64,000 nt of DNA from the NCBI GenBank assembly GCA_951406725.2, contig OX597817.1:27714001-27778000 (forward strand). The letters run 5' to 3'. The notes below the pieces were generated by a model. The model had not been told where the DNA came from and ran no database searches. It worked only from the letters and a program-made list of their open reading frames with translations. The position numbers and the translations under genes are program-made. Within the stretch, counting starts at the first letter, position 1; each line of letters opens with the position of its first letter. Source of the stretch: Octopus vulgaris. Its lineage: Eukaryota. This document shows, one piece after another, positions 50,865 to 64,000 of this stretch.

Positions 50865-53800
50865 AGTGCATTGCATATCATAGCAGAAAGAGCTGTAAGC
50901 CACACTAGAATCAGATTACAATCTCCTATAATTATTCATAGTAATGTAGTCTCTCTCCCCAGTTCTAAACTTCCCACAATACGCAGTGTAATTTCTTTTA
51001 ATGGGAATCCAATAACCCCAAAATCAGCTCTTTCCAGTGACCAACTTATTTATCTACTGACTTACATTCGTGAACCCTAGAACTGAACCAAAGCCTACTT
51101 TTTATACAAAGAATGTCGTGATCTGAATTTGCCTCATTGACCTATACGACACTATAAAATAAAAAAAATTTCAGATCAAGTCAAAAGAAATCTTCTCGCT
51201 ATAACTTTCAATTAGTTCACATAGCACAAACATATACTTTCATCCCATCCTTCTTGCACCCCAACCCCATCTCATTATACAACTATTTATCGGGTCTTCC
51301 AACACCAAACCTAATTATTATGCACATAGGCATTTTATATTTGTGATTATTTCAACTGAAAAATATTCTTCTGCAGAAAGTACTTTCGACAATTTGTAAC
51401 ACAACCTCTATACACAAAAGCTTACGCATGCATTTAAGTTCACATGCCTCTTTGTGAACAGTTAGCTATTTGTCGATTACAATTTACATAAGTAAATTAA
51501 ATTTGATATTTAGTAAAATAGCAAAATTTAATTCGTGTATGTGTTGTTCATATAATTTATCTGCATCCGGCCCTATGAACATGGCTGACCTTCTTGTGTA
51601 AAGATTTTCTAAAAGTACACACCTTCGAAATATGAAGAGATATTTTTAAATGATTTTATAATATTTGAAATCTGAATATATCAAGAAAATAAATTTATGA
51701 CTATATCTGATATCTTGAACCAGATAAAATATGTTTTTTATTTTAAATTTTAAGAATTGTATAACGATATCAGAAATAGAAAACTACTTTAATTCTTTGC
51801 TTTCCAACTAAAAATATATTTCGACATGTAGAAAGCTGAAATCTATAGTCGTTTTTTTATCAAAGCAGACTGTATGCAGAGCAGCAAGCGTAATAATGTA
51901 AAAATACCACTGATTGTGGATTTACTGCAAAACAGCAATGTTATCAACCTATTACACATGAAAATATACATTATTTTGTGTTTGATAAAATCAGTGTCTT
52001 TTTACTTTATGTTTTTTAGAATTTAAATAACACAATATATTACATAATACGATTATCTTTTTTGTTTGCTAGCCAATAAGTTAATTGATAATGGTCTAAT
52101 ATATTAAATACTAATTTATTCATTCATTAATAATTAACTAATATCAGAAAACTAAACAAACGGTAAAATGTTTAAACAATTTTCAAGCAATACATATAAT
52201 GAGAAAATAAATACTTAATTGTTTAGTTAATGGTGCAATAAAAATTTCCTTTTCTGTAAAGTTACGAATCTTGACTGCTCTGAATTTTGATTTTCCAAAT
52301 TATTCCACTATCACCTTTATTTAAGTATATTTATATCCCTTTAAAACTATTTAACTATCTATATTTTTTCTACCTCAAACTGTGCATTCTTACTTTATAA
52401 CATTCCATAACACTAATATAAGGCCAACCTTACCTTTCATCCTTTCATGATCAATACTGGGGTGGATGTGACAGACAAGCATTTCAGGCCTGTTGTATAT
52501 AACAGTAAGGATATGAAAGGGTAAACTTTTCATTTTAAAACTTTGATTCATTTATTTATATTAAAAACTATTGACAGAAACTGCAAAGTGTGTATTCAGA
52601 ACATCAGTGACCTTAGCACTATCGACTACAAAACACCGAAAATTGCAGTTGGAAAACCGCATAACCTGCTAGAAATAAGTCAAATGCTCCCTAAATAATA
52701 TATCAACGACTTGTATAAGGAATTACATTTTGGATAATATTATTCAACATATACTATATCTGGAACAGTGAGTTCGTCATGACTGAAATGGCTTTTATCA
52801 TAGTTCTGCTCAATCGGATGTGTCCAGGAATAAATAGACGACAACATATCTTATGAGTCAATGATGGTTCCTCTATGTAGCTTTGACCTACAAGAAAAAT
52901 ATCAGCTAAATAACCCTTCCTGAGAGTTTACACAAAGGAGTATGAAGTGGTTTATATTGTAGTTACTTTGTTTACGGGAAAAAATTTCATAGTCACGGTT
53001 AGAATATTTGTGACTTGTGAGAGACGAGCCGGAGCCAATGAGCAATAAAATCTTCTAGATTCTTCATGCCCAGAGCCAATGTTGGCCGGAACTTATATAT
53101 GTTATATAACTATAGTGATATCAAATTAATTAAATGTTTTCAGCTCTTCAGGAGCTACTAAAGATTCATGATGTTCTTTGAATTAATCAACTATCAGTAT
53201 TACAGGAACATAAGCAGAGAATTATATTTTCTTTCAAACAGAGCAAACGACTTAAGAGGTGTTTAATATCAATGATTGTGTAGTAAATGCTTTTAGAAAT
53301 CTACAAATGTCTATAAGGAATTCTAATTTAGCTTATAAGATATATCGTGTCGCTATTACTTCTACAAGTAAATTTTTAAAGTAGCTTTATTCTAGAGGGA
53401 CTCAAAATTTATACACGGTCTGTGTAAAGGTGCGTGTCTAGCAAGTTACAATAAGATAAAGGTTTTTCACTCGTGAAGTGCGATGTCAAAAAAATTACTT
53501 TAAATCAGAGTTGGTATCTGATTTCCCAGTTGGAAATTTAGCCAAAATACCATTTTAACCACGTTTTTTTTTATATATGTTCATTGTATTTTTTCCTTTC
53601 TTATATTATCTCTGTCGTCATTTTGCAAACACGAAATGGAACATTTACCTACAATAGGAATAATGCTGGCACGCACGCGCGTTATATTTATTATAATTAT
53701 ATGTATCATATATGCGTATGAATAAATAAATAAATAAATAAATAAATATATATATATATATATATATATGAATGTATGTATGTACATATCTATGAACATA

Positions 53801-55041
53801 TATGTATTTATGAATATATATGTGTGCGTGTATGCATGTGTATGTATACATATGTATATATATGTGTGTGTGTGTGTATGTATATGTATCTACGTATACA
53901 CACACACATACACATACATACAGACACACACGTGCAAATATATCGCCAGTATTTTATACTGTGTACACAGGCATGTACTACAATAAAAGAGGATTCTAGC
54001 TTCCACATCTTGATATTATCACTTATACAGAATCGATACAACAAATGTGTCTCCTTAGGGGTTTCCTTTTCGTTATAACAATTATCGTTCACCTTACTTC
54101 AATACATTACATTAATGAAAGATATAATAACGATAACTGATTTCAAATGATGGGGTCATTGTTGTTGTTTTGTTGTATTGTTATAATGTGGTTGATAGTT
54201 GTCGAATTTACTGGCATTATAGTAAGAATAACCACATTATGTTGATATAAATTTATTGGTCAACCAGAGCTGGAAAAGAAAGCAACAAATAGAAAAAATT
54301 CCATTCATAACTTATTTAGGTTAATAAATATTAGCGATTCAAACTTTACAATTAATTCTCCCTTTTTCTCTCTCTCTCGCTTCTCTCTTCTCTCCCCAAC
54401 TTCTCTGTCTTTCGTTCTCCCTTTCCCTCTCTGAATATTATTGTATGTATGATAAGTTGTAAGTGTATCAATATTCTCTGTGTTCCTGTATCTCGTTTGT
54501 CTCCTCTGTTCCACTCACTCGAATGGCAAAGTCTGCCGCCTCTTCTCCAACAAACTCCCCCATTTCGCTATGTGAAACATGACTAAAACACATTAAATTT
54601 CCTTCTCGTTTTCAAAAAAACAATTTCCCCTCTTTTTCTCTTCGATTTTCATACAAAAGTTGCATGAGGAAATAACATATGACTTGAAATAGTACGTAAA
54701 ATATATGGCAATAATTTCAACATAAGCCGATAAGATAAAGGGAAAATCCTATTTATTCGAAGGAAAATTTCTTATACAGATTTTAATATGTGCATTTGTA
54801 TGAGTACATTTGTGGGTGCGCGAGTGTATATTTGTGCGTATGCATGTGTATGTGCATGTTTGTGTGTGTACGTATTTATCTATATGTATAAGTATTTATA
54901 TAATTATAATAACCATTATTATTATCATTCTCATCAACAGTATCATTATCATCATCATTTTAATTATTAATATTATTAATGAGAGAGAGAGAGAGCAACG
55001 CATACCATCAAAGTGAACAGGGTTATAATAGTAATAATAAT

Positions 55042-55102
<61 letters not shown>

Positions 55103-55119
55103 TCATCATCATCATCATT

Positions 55120-55412
55120 ATGGCTCGAAAACGATTTCCAGTTCAAAGATAGGAACTTTCATGCGCTCCTTTACCAGCAAAAGACTGAAATAGCAGGGTC
55201 ACCATCAGTAATAGATCTGGAAATCAATATGAGTAACGATACATCACTCCGTGTATATATTACTACGCGGGCAGCAATGTGCTGGCGGCGGACTGATGGG
55301 ATTCTAACATCCTGCAGAACAAGAGAAAATAAATTTATGGTGGTCCTGTGGAGAAATTTTCGCTTCAGTCTCCAGGTCCACCGCTCGAAGTAACGGTTGC
55401 AATATAGCATCT
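55120..55412 (+). pseudogene. Degenerate CR1/L2-type LINE RT C-terminal fragment
   Basis: WLENDFQFKDRNFHALLY...VIDLEINMSNDTSLRVYI...GILTSCRTRENKFMVVLWRNF follows the W...MQFN..KF...KDLG..S.DLSF..HI...ILRTF..R....L.LW pattern. Confidence 0.55.
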
Positions 55413-56113
55413 AACAACAGAAATACCACAGAAATACCACAAAGCATTTCGCCCGGCATGCTAACGTTTCTGCCATACATACATACATACATACATACAT
55501 ACATACATACATACATACATACATACATACATGCATACATACATACATGCATAAATGTGTGTCTGTGTGTATGTGCGTGTCAAGTCATAGTTTAATGCCT
55601 AACTCAGATGATTGAAAGCTATTCCAACACTGGCTCAAAATGTACGTTACTGCATGCCATCGCTCGCTCAAGTGTAAGAACCCAGTTTTGTAAAAGTTTT
55701 GGCAAGAAATTATTTATCGTTCAACAAAGTTTGGATGTGAATGCATTCCAAAAATAGATAAGTAGACATATTTTTAACAGAGATACTAGAAGAAACCACA
55801 TCAGGGCAATGAACACAAACGCTGGTAGCGATGTCTATCTACCTCACTCTCCGAAAGCAAATGCGGTGAGAGGACCGTGAAAATGAACTAAGTAACACTT
55901 CCCAACAATGGTGATTCTCCATGTGACAGGTAAATATAAAGTACTAAATTAATCCCCACTTAAACGTGTATATTCTATTAGTACACACTAAAATGCGGTA
56001 GAAAGCATGTGAGAAATTTCCGTATTGGCTTTTGGTGCACTCTTGTTTATATCGCCAGCAAGGATTTATCTCGCCGCTAAAATCACCTTCAAATATCTAC
56101 ACATATATAAGTA

Positions 56114-56679
56114 TTGGGTTGTCCAGAAATGTCGTACCGATTTATAGTAGCTTACCTTTCGACGTATTTTACAACATGGTCCAGTCCATAAAATAGGATT
56201 TGACTACACCTCCATTTAGAGCACAATTTAAGCTATCTGTTCGTGGAAGAAGGTTTATGTTCCTATAGCCTGTGTTAATTCTGTAACCCTCTAAAATGGA
56301 AGATAAGTAAGTTCATTTTCGGCACTTGGTGCTTTGGGAACCAGACAAAAATTGCTGCAGCTCGGCTGGAATATGTTACCTCACCCTCCATATTCACCAG
56401 ATATTGCTCCTTCGGATTTCCACTTATTCATGTCTCTGCAGAATAGTCTTAATGGTAAACATTTCAATTCCTTGGATGACGTAAAAAGATACCGTAATGA
56501 ATTATTTGCCATGAAACACCCTCAATTCCGGGAAGAGGGTACTTTTAAGTTAAAAGAAAGATGGAGACGCATTGTGCTACAAAATGGTTCATATTAGGTT
56601 GATTAAAAATGTAATGGCAAGTATTTATTGGCCTTTTTCTTTCCTTTAAAAATCGGCACTAACTTTCCGGACAACTCAA
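56114..56679 (+). mobile_element. Internally deleted mariner transposon with both TIRs
   Basis: TA|TTGGGTTGTCCAGAAATGTCGTACCGATTT ... AAATCGGCACTAACTTTCCGGACAACTCAA|TA. N-terminus MEDK*VHFRHLVLWE (from 56296) is joined directly to the C-terminus ...LPHPPYSPDIAPSDFHLF...ERWRRIV. Confidence 0.93.
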
Positions 56680-57439
56680 TATATATTTGTCTGTGTATAT
56701 AAACATCTTCACCTGCATTCTATAGTGTCTGTGTGTAAGTGGCTCGAACCAAAGCTGGCAGGCATTAGTGAAGAATTTAAACTGAGCCTTCAGAGTATAC
56801 CACGTGACTGTTGTGTGTATTTAGAACGGAAAGGGGATTATAACGAGTCGTAAATGTATACTTCCGTCACCAAATAGCTAGGTAATAACAATAAGAATAA
56901 ACATGAACTAAAGGCTCTAGAATTCAACCAATCATATGTAATACATACTAAACTTACGAGAGAAGAAACATCATTGTTACTTTAAAACGAAAATAAGGAA
57001 AATGACATCGAAATTACTTGTAAGATGTATGAATTTCATCTGGTTGCTTATTTCCTTTTTGTTACAGAAGAGAATGAATACAAATGTGAGTTCAGAAAGG
57101 AAAGGAAAATATTAAAGTATTATCTAAACCTTGATGGTTCAAACAAATATACACAATAAGTTTTATAGCAATTCTTATAACCAGTCCTGGATAACTTAGT
57201 ATGAATATAATATACCAATCAGTTATTCACGAGATTATTAAGAATTAATGAATTTTATTTCCCAAGTGATAAAGCATCAGAGCGACATATAAAGAAGTTG
57301 TGTGACATAAACTCGGCGATCAATATTAGAAAACGATATCATTTTATACATCATGCATACATACATAATACATACATATATATATATATAAACTTACTTG
57401 GAAATGGATGCATGGCTTTCAATCAAATGACAATATAAA

Positions 57440-57714
57440 TAATATATATATTAGTATATCTATCTATATATATGTGTGTGTGTGTATATGTATATATATA
57501 TATGTGTGTATGTATGTATATATATATGTATATATAAAAATATATGTGTGTGTATATATGTATATGTACACACACATACATACATATATATATATATATA
57601 CATATATATACATATATATATATACATATATATACATATATATATATACATACATATACATATATATATATATACATATATATACATATATATATATACA
57701 TACATATACATATA

Positions 57715-57748
<34 letters not shown>

Positions 57749-57775
57749 CATACATATACATATATATATATATAC

Positions 57776-57822
<47 letters not shown>

Positions 57823-57936
57823 CATATATATACATATATATATACATACATATACATATATATATATACATACATATATATACATATATATATATACGTA
57901 CATATACATATATATATACATACATACATACATATA

Positions 57937-57972
<36 letters not shown>

Positions 57973-57977
57973 TATAT
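57440..57977. repeat. Long degenerate (TA)n/(TACA)n microsatellite
   Basis: Directly visible. Similar tracts at 25500-25690, 46075-46400, 53700-53935 and 62330-62805. Confidence 0.95.
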
Positions 57978-58430
57978 GGGTGTACAGGAAGTCACAAACC
58001 GTAAGCAACATGAAATACGAAAACAAAAGTGTTGAATACATAAACAACGAGAGAAACAATTGGAAAACAGAACAAGTAGCATAAAAATACGACCCTTTAG
58101 CAGTTGTCCATCTACTCCTCATTTCGGGCATTGAACGAAAATATGAGTCTTCGAAGGGCAGTTGCGGAGGTTTGGGATTTGCGGAGGTCCAATTTGGTAA
58201 CTAAAACAGGACAGTGGAGATATATAAGGAAACTGAACGAAAAGAAACATGGTGGGGGACGTTACACCAGACGAGATTAAAATAGCGAACGCTGGAGAAA
58301 TATTCTCTTTGATAAGAGGAAAGATAGAAGAGAGACACAGATGGGTTACGTGCAGTCTCTACGACAGCCGTGAAAGAAAAGAAAGATTATCATGTGAAGA
58401 AAAGAAAGATGGTGGGTGAGGAATGGATAG

Positions 58431-58461
<31 letters not shown>

Positions 58462-58462
58462 A

Positions 58463-58505
<43 letters not shown>

Positions 58506-58538
58506 AATAGATAGATAGATAGATAGATAAATAGATAA

Positions 58539-58614
<76 letters not shown>

Positions 58615-59515
58615 ATAGAATAGCATAGATCAATTTGTGATGAGGGTAACGCGTTTCACATAAATTGTCCCACGTTACCTCGGATCAATACTGAATGAAT
58701 CAACGATATCTGAGGATAGATGTAGATGAAGCGCAATTTTAAATTTGATTTATTTTAGTTCTATACTAACCATACAATTTTCCTTTCATGCTGAACGAAT
58801 TTTATTGAAGGAAGACTTTAGAGTACTTATGAATTGAAAACATTTGCCTTTTAAAAAGTGTATCCACAAACTTTATATTATAATTGTTACTTCAATTTAT
58901 ATTATTATATACTCTATATGTACAATGGAATTTTATATAAATTTATTGGTACATTCAGTTTATTACACATAATTTGAAAGGTCAAATGTGAATGGAAAAC
59001 AAACATGTTCTAGGATAGACTTAAATACTTGCTGGAAGAGATCGTCAACCAAATCCACCACGATTCCTGATTGGTAATTAGTTGTAGAGACCTCAAAAGA
59101 ATACAAAACAAATCGGCCTCGTCTTGATCTAAACGCAAAATGTAAAGGGCTGTGCGTAAATATTTCAAGATAACTTTCTGTTATCTTAACCACCCTACCA
59201 GTTTACTACACCGATTATATATAAACAAAAGTGAGAGTGTTATGTGCATCGTTGATTTGCATGCAGTCTCTCTCTTTCTCTCTCTCTCACTTGCATTTTT
59301 TGTTCAGCACTTATTTTCCCCCTCTTCATTGATTCTTTGTATGTTTTTTTTATTATTTTGTAGCACGAAATAGTAGTAGTTGTAGCAGATACCGGCAATT
59401 TGCTCAATGGGTCCTGATGAAAGAGTAAGATTACCTACACCAGCATTTTCACCAATGATTATGTTCTTTGTCTTGGAGCGGTTTTTTGTTTATACACCAA
59501 TATATATACATATAC

Positions 59516-59595
<80 letters not shown>

Positions 59596-59611
59596 ATAGA
59601 TAGAGAGATAA

Positions 59612-59650
<39 letters not shown>

Positions 59651-59729
59651 CATATATATATATAGATAGATAGTTATAGATATATAGCGAGTACTCTTAT
59701 TTTGCTCGCTAGAACATTTGTAACTAACT

Positions 59730-59808
<79 letters not shown>

Positions 59809-61226
59809 CATTCAGAAGAGCGGGGAAAGAGAGAGTGACAGGGGAATGGAAAGAAAGAAATATAGATAAATATAGATAAATAGAGATATAGATAAATAGG
59901 TTGGTAATTAGATATTCCTTCTGAAGTCACAAACTGGCGCTGTTTCTAGGTTATTACCAAGAAATTCTTAACTAAGTGTTAAACTAACATTTGAAACTTA
60001 TCTCCAATACATGTAATTTTAGCTTTGCATCAAGATTGTCTCTATCTTGCTTATATTCTAAACTACAATGTTCTCTACATTATTGAACAGCTGATTATCT
60101 TTTTATTATATACTTTTTATAATTTTTCGTTTCAGATAAAATTGCTCCAAGTAGAAAGCCTTTATAAATACAACAATTTACTCTGTGTATTATAGAGTGC
60201 TTAGTCTATATGTCGAAAGTATTTCCTTTATAAGTATTAGTTTAGTGTTACTCTGCTTTTATTTTGTTTTATGAAATGTAAACCAACACATTACGATACT
60301 ATTATCTCGTAGAACATTTATAAATCATGCTAGATATAATCATCGTTTGGAATAATCGCTTGAAAGAACATTTGAGACAACTATTCAAATATAAGGAGTA
60401 TATTTCTGAATTCTTTAAAGATATTTCGTGATGGCTAAGAGCCAGTAGCATCGGCCTATCTATTCTGCTATAACTTCTTTTTTTGGAGAAAAATAAAACA
60501 AAACAATATGTTTGCCACTGTGTAAAATAATTCGTGAAAGTACAAAATCTTTCTAAAGACGTGAAATAAATTACAGTTCCCACTTTTTGTGTGCAATGCA
60601 CAAGAAAAACGGTGCAATAAATTGCTTATATATTGTGCAAAGGAATACATATATATTAAGGTTATGTTTTATTGGTTCTCTAATGCAATTTAATGTTAGA
60701 TTCCTTTATTTATTGCTATAGGTTACTGGTGGTAAATAATGTCATAGTTATCCAACAACCATTTTAGGTTCTGGAGCGATGAAAAAAAATGTCTGGTAAA
60801 AATGAAACAAGTTATATTGCAGTAATTATATGGTGTTATGAGGAAATTCATATATAAAAAATATTCATATCGATGTGTGAGGGGAGTTTAACTACATATA
60901 TCTATTCTAATAACTTAACTGAGAATATTAAATATTGCAGTACGCTATGTAGATGATTGAGGATGAATGGTTATAATAATTTTGATATGTTGCATTGGCA
61001 CAAGGCCACAAACTCCATCGGAGTATATAGTGGTTTAAATGAACGTAGATACTTGTCTGATACTTACGATAGAGAACACTTCTTTCTCCAATTCTTGGTT
61101 TCGACACTTGGCAGTTTCTCTTCCTTAAATTCAAATACACACATTGAATTCTATTTGAAATTATAATTTCATAAATATAGTTTACCCATGTTGCTGGTGT
61201 TATTGTTTTACTTCCGATTTATTTAA

Positions 61227-61686
61227 TATAGGCGCAGGAGTGGCTGTGTGGTAAGTAGCTATAGGCACAGGAGTGACTGTGGGGTAAGTAGCTATAGACG
61301 CAGGAGTGACCGTGTGGTAAATAGCTATAGGCACAGGAGTGGCTGTGGGGTAAGTACCTTGCTTACGAACCACTTGGTTCCGGATTCATTCCCACTGCGT
61401 GGCATCTTGGGCAAGTGTCTTCTACTGTAGCCTTGGGCCGACCGAAACCTTGTAAGTGGATTTGGTAGATGGAAACTGAAAGAAGCCCGTCGCATATGTG
61501 TATATGTATATATATGTGTGTGTGTGGCTGTGTGTCTGTATTTGTCCCCCCAACATCGCTTGACAACCGATAGAATAAGTACTAGGCTTAGAACGAATAA
61601 GTCCAGGGGTCGATTTGCTCGACTAAAGACGGTGCTCCAGCATGGCCGCAGTCAAATGACTGAAATAAGTAAAAGCGTAAAAGAGT
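61227..61686 (+). mobile_element. Family B CORE-type SINE with a four-fold repeated 33-bp 5' end
   Basis: 4 x TATAGGCGCAGGAGTGGCTGTGTGGTAAGTAGC-like units (61227-61358), then B box, CORE-like CATCTTGGGCAAGTGTCTT, microsatellite and 3' half. Confidence 0.9.
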
Positions 61687-62367
61687 ACCATTGTATATCT
61701 TTGTATATCAAGACTACGCGGTACAATATAATTTGGAAATTTGTGTTTTGAAGGAAAGTTGGCTATTTTTTCTAGAAAGTCAATCGACTGCATGATATCA
61801 TATCTGATAGCTTCAATTAATATCTACAAGTTAATAGCTGGTGCATTAAATGTGCTGATCGTTACTCTTGGCTTGATATGAACATTTAATAAAATATGAA
61901 ATTCTACACGAACATATATCCATATTAGTTATAACTGGGTGGTATGGTGCATTTTACTGTTGAAGTATATTCATAAATTCGGGCATCTGATGTTATCTCA
62001 TTACTGTGACCAGCTTTCTTTTATATAAATAGCTGTGAGTGCGAATCCATTTACATAGAATAAGCAAAACAATCCGGCGAACCGAGTCTGCGAAGTCTGT
62101 TCTGTTCTCCAAGGCAAGTAGTTCACTTTATGTAACCTACTTCTGAAGAAATCAACGAACTTGAGAAAATCGTATTACCCAACGAGTATATGAAATGGAG
62201 TAAGTGCTAACAAATTTAATGTGGCGATCAAGAGAACTATTAATATAAACTACACTATTTGAGGAGGGGTAAACGTTGATGAACAATGCTTAACAATGCA
62301 CGAATATGTAGCACTGTGTATTTACGTACGTACACACATACATACATACATATATATATATACATAC

Positions 62368-62426
<59 letters not shown>

Positions 62427-62698
62427 TATACATATATATATATACATATATATATATATGTGTGTGTATGTATATAAATATATATGTATGTGCGTATGTA
62501 TATAAATATATATATGTATACGTGTGTGTGTATGTATATAAATATATATATACATATATATATATACACTCATATATATATATATATATACATATATGTG
62601 TGTGTGTGTGTCTGTCTGTGTGCATATTTACATATATATATGTATATTAAAAACATATATATACGTATATATTTATATACATATTATACATATATGTA

Positions 62699-62742
<44 letters not shown>

Positions 62743-62761
62743 TATAGATACATACATAAAT

Positions 62762-62801
<40 letters not shown>

Positions 62802-63444
62802 GCATACAACGGAAATATTTATCCCTGAATTTGTTGTATAAGATATGTGTATATATCATGTCATGGTTTACTGACTTAATTTCTAGCTAAGTTGATAATT
62901 TCATTTTTCTGCGCAAACATAAATCTATATAAACATAAATCAACGATAAAACTAATAAGAAGGATTTAAATATATATTTTTCTATTGTTCGCAGATATGT
63001 TGTATCGAAGTGTATTAACGTTCGAAGAAATAAATCATCACAACTTTCACGTTATTATCAAATTAATCTTCCTCTTGTTCATATATTTTATTGGTTTCCG
63101 TTACTGGACTATGTCTACGCTGGGTCAACACCTTTAAGTATTGTAGAACGATCATGAAGACTTACTTTAGACGCGCAAAATATCTTATCAGTTTCTAGTT
63201 ATCGAACCGCAACATGGCGTTTTAATGTAGTTGAGATACGTTAACACGTACTTCGATTAACTTGGACTCAAATAGACATTTATGCACTAAACTCACATAT
63301 ATACACACTTAAGCACACATATATAAATATATGTACAGTGACACACATACATAAATACATTCATATGTAATTTTTACAATTTGATCCAGAACTATTAAGA
63401 GAAATACAATTATCACCTGTATATGAATTTATAATTCTTGATTT

Positions 63445-63680
63445 CCAAAACTCACTCGTGAGTTTCTCGACGAGAACATGGTATGGCTTCCGCATCCTGT
63501 GTATTCGTCAGAGTTAGTGCCTGCGAACTTCCACCTCTTCCCCAAGATGAAAAGACAACTCAAAGGTCACAGTTTTAACACCGTTCTCGAGACCTAGAGC
63601 CAATCGCAGAAGTTCCTCGGCTCACTTACGTAGAACGACCTCTAGACCGAATTACAAAAGTAGTAGGAATGCTGTTATTT
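63445..63680 (+). pseudogene. Mariner transposase C-terminal relic (different family from 56114)
   Basis: LTREFLDENMVWLPHPVYSSELVPANFHLFPKMKRQLKGHSFNTV (degenerate PHPPYSPDLAP.DF.LFPK.K..LKG..F), followed by stops. Confidence 0.8.
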
Positions 63681-64000
63681 ACCAATGGAAAGTTACTTCA
63701 GGGACTAAAGAATTTTTCTATGTTGGACTTTCCTCCACTGAATTTTTAAAAAACGCGTAGCCAGCTTAAATATATTAATGTAATGATTTTAATATATGAT
63801 TTAAATATATTAATAAAAATAATATTACAGGTCCAAGTAAACTAATTTGGCATCTCAAAGATTGTAGTAAACAAATTTTCTTTAGACTGGAAATTTTGTC
63901 AAGATCGTTCCCTTATGATAGAGCAAATTTTTTGCCCTCTTTGTACGGACAAACAACTATTTTTTTTTCCAAGCACACACTTGTCAACACCTATAAAGAA

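Noticed and set aside
57975-58425. ~450-bp island between microsatellites as another HHR/PLE module
   Set aside because: Context is suggestive but no complete hammerhead core could be folded on either strand.
61227-61358. 33-bp repeats as a CRISPR array
   Set aside because: No spacers; the units are the SINE 5' end; eukaryotic context with no cas genes.

Overview
AT-rich, microsatellite-saturated eukaryotic DNA with no convincing intact protein-coding gene, probably intergenic or deep intronic. The SINE types and repeat landscape suggest an octopus/coleoid cephalopod genome (inference). Almost all ORF-track entries are translations of (TA)n, (CA)n, (TAGA)n, (TAA)n tracts or SINEs. Recognisable content: a Ty3/Gypsy integrase relic with a probable LTR, two Penelope-like element (PLE) relics, R4/Dong-, RTE-, Tx1/L1- and CR1-type LINE fragments, mariner derivatives, a non-autonomous Helitron, a possible DIRS recombinase relic, and many tRNA-derived SINEs of at least three families. 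The most striking non-obvious signal is a set of sequence-unrelated type I hammerhead ribozyme (HHR) folds found by eye at 5240, 22475, 23893, 31128, 33525, 35230 and 48397, plus weaker ones. Two lie inside ~344-bp and 357-bp structured units present as 1.3-1.55 head-to-tail copies, the layout expected of retrozymes copied from circular RNA or of PLE terminal repeats. One carries a compensatory G3:C8 core swap. A second pattern is a SINE that repeatedly joins its 3' end to its own internal GGTATTTC site, building multimers. All folds and alignments were done by hand; none was computed or searched against databases.
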